DNA of 63,202 bases, filler included, from Octopus bimaculoides (Eukaryota), in assembly GCF_001194135.2 (NCBI RefSeq). It is 10 parts of 8 records of this genome, joined end to end, with 100 filler letters (N's around TTAATTAATTAA, not from the genome) between each part and the next. Parts side by side here need not be neighbours in the genome. Positions count along the whole stretch, not along the records: positions 60,964 to 63,202 come from NC_068988.1; 9 more parts are not named here. One strand, written 5' to 3'. The notes beneath the pieces were generated by a model, which did no database searches, had not been told where the DNA came from, and saw only the letters and a program-made list of their open reading frames with translations. A program made the translations under genes and the position numbers. Positions 63,159 to 63,202 of the stretch are shown piece after piece; the first letter of the stretch is position 1, and each line of letters starts with the position of its first letter.

Positions 63159-63202
<44 letters not shown>
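62470..63202. repeat. Degenerate (ATCT)n tract ending in (GT)n
   Basis: Seen directly. Confidence 0.95.

Overview
Eukaryotic, AT-rich draft-assembly sequence with many gaps and microsatellites. It is almost certainly octopus (inferred from a cephalopod-type protocadherin EC1, octopus-type tRNA-derived SINEs with an internal (TA)n/(CA)n tract, and extreme microsatellite load). Nearly all ORFs in the supplied track are artefacts of simple repeats or N runs. There are two host-gene signals, both on the minus strand and both cut by gaps. One is the 5' part of a protocadherin (signal peptide + EC1, 51268-51680). The other, 6.6 kb upstream and only partly visible in the ORF track, is an 85-codon open frame ending at a canonical phase-0 GTAAGT donor (58265-58520) that resembles the cytoplasmic end of a protocadherin large exon. 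Together they suggest a head-to-tail protocadherin cluster whose coding middles are missing from the assembly. The most unusual mobile element is a 1.44-kb retroelement (44917-46358) that encodes only an L1/Tx1-type ORF1 (CCHC knuckle). It has a 3' stem-loop and a 7-8 bp TSD, and is inserted between the A and B boxes of a SINE head. The remainder is at least three SINE families, RTE, RLE-type and Jockey/I-like LINE relics, mariner/Tc1 relics and MITEs, a hAT-like MITE, a PIF1/Helitron helicase relic, Penelope-like termini, several fold-back or duplication structures, and nine artificial N44-TTAATTAATTAA-N44 gap linkers. No rRNA, true tRNA gene or CRISPR array is supported.
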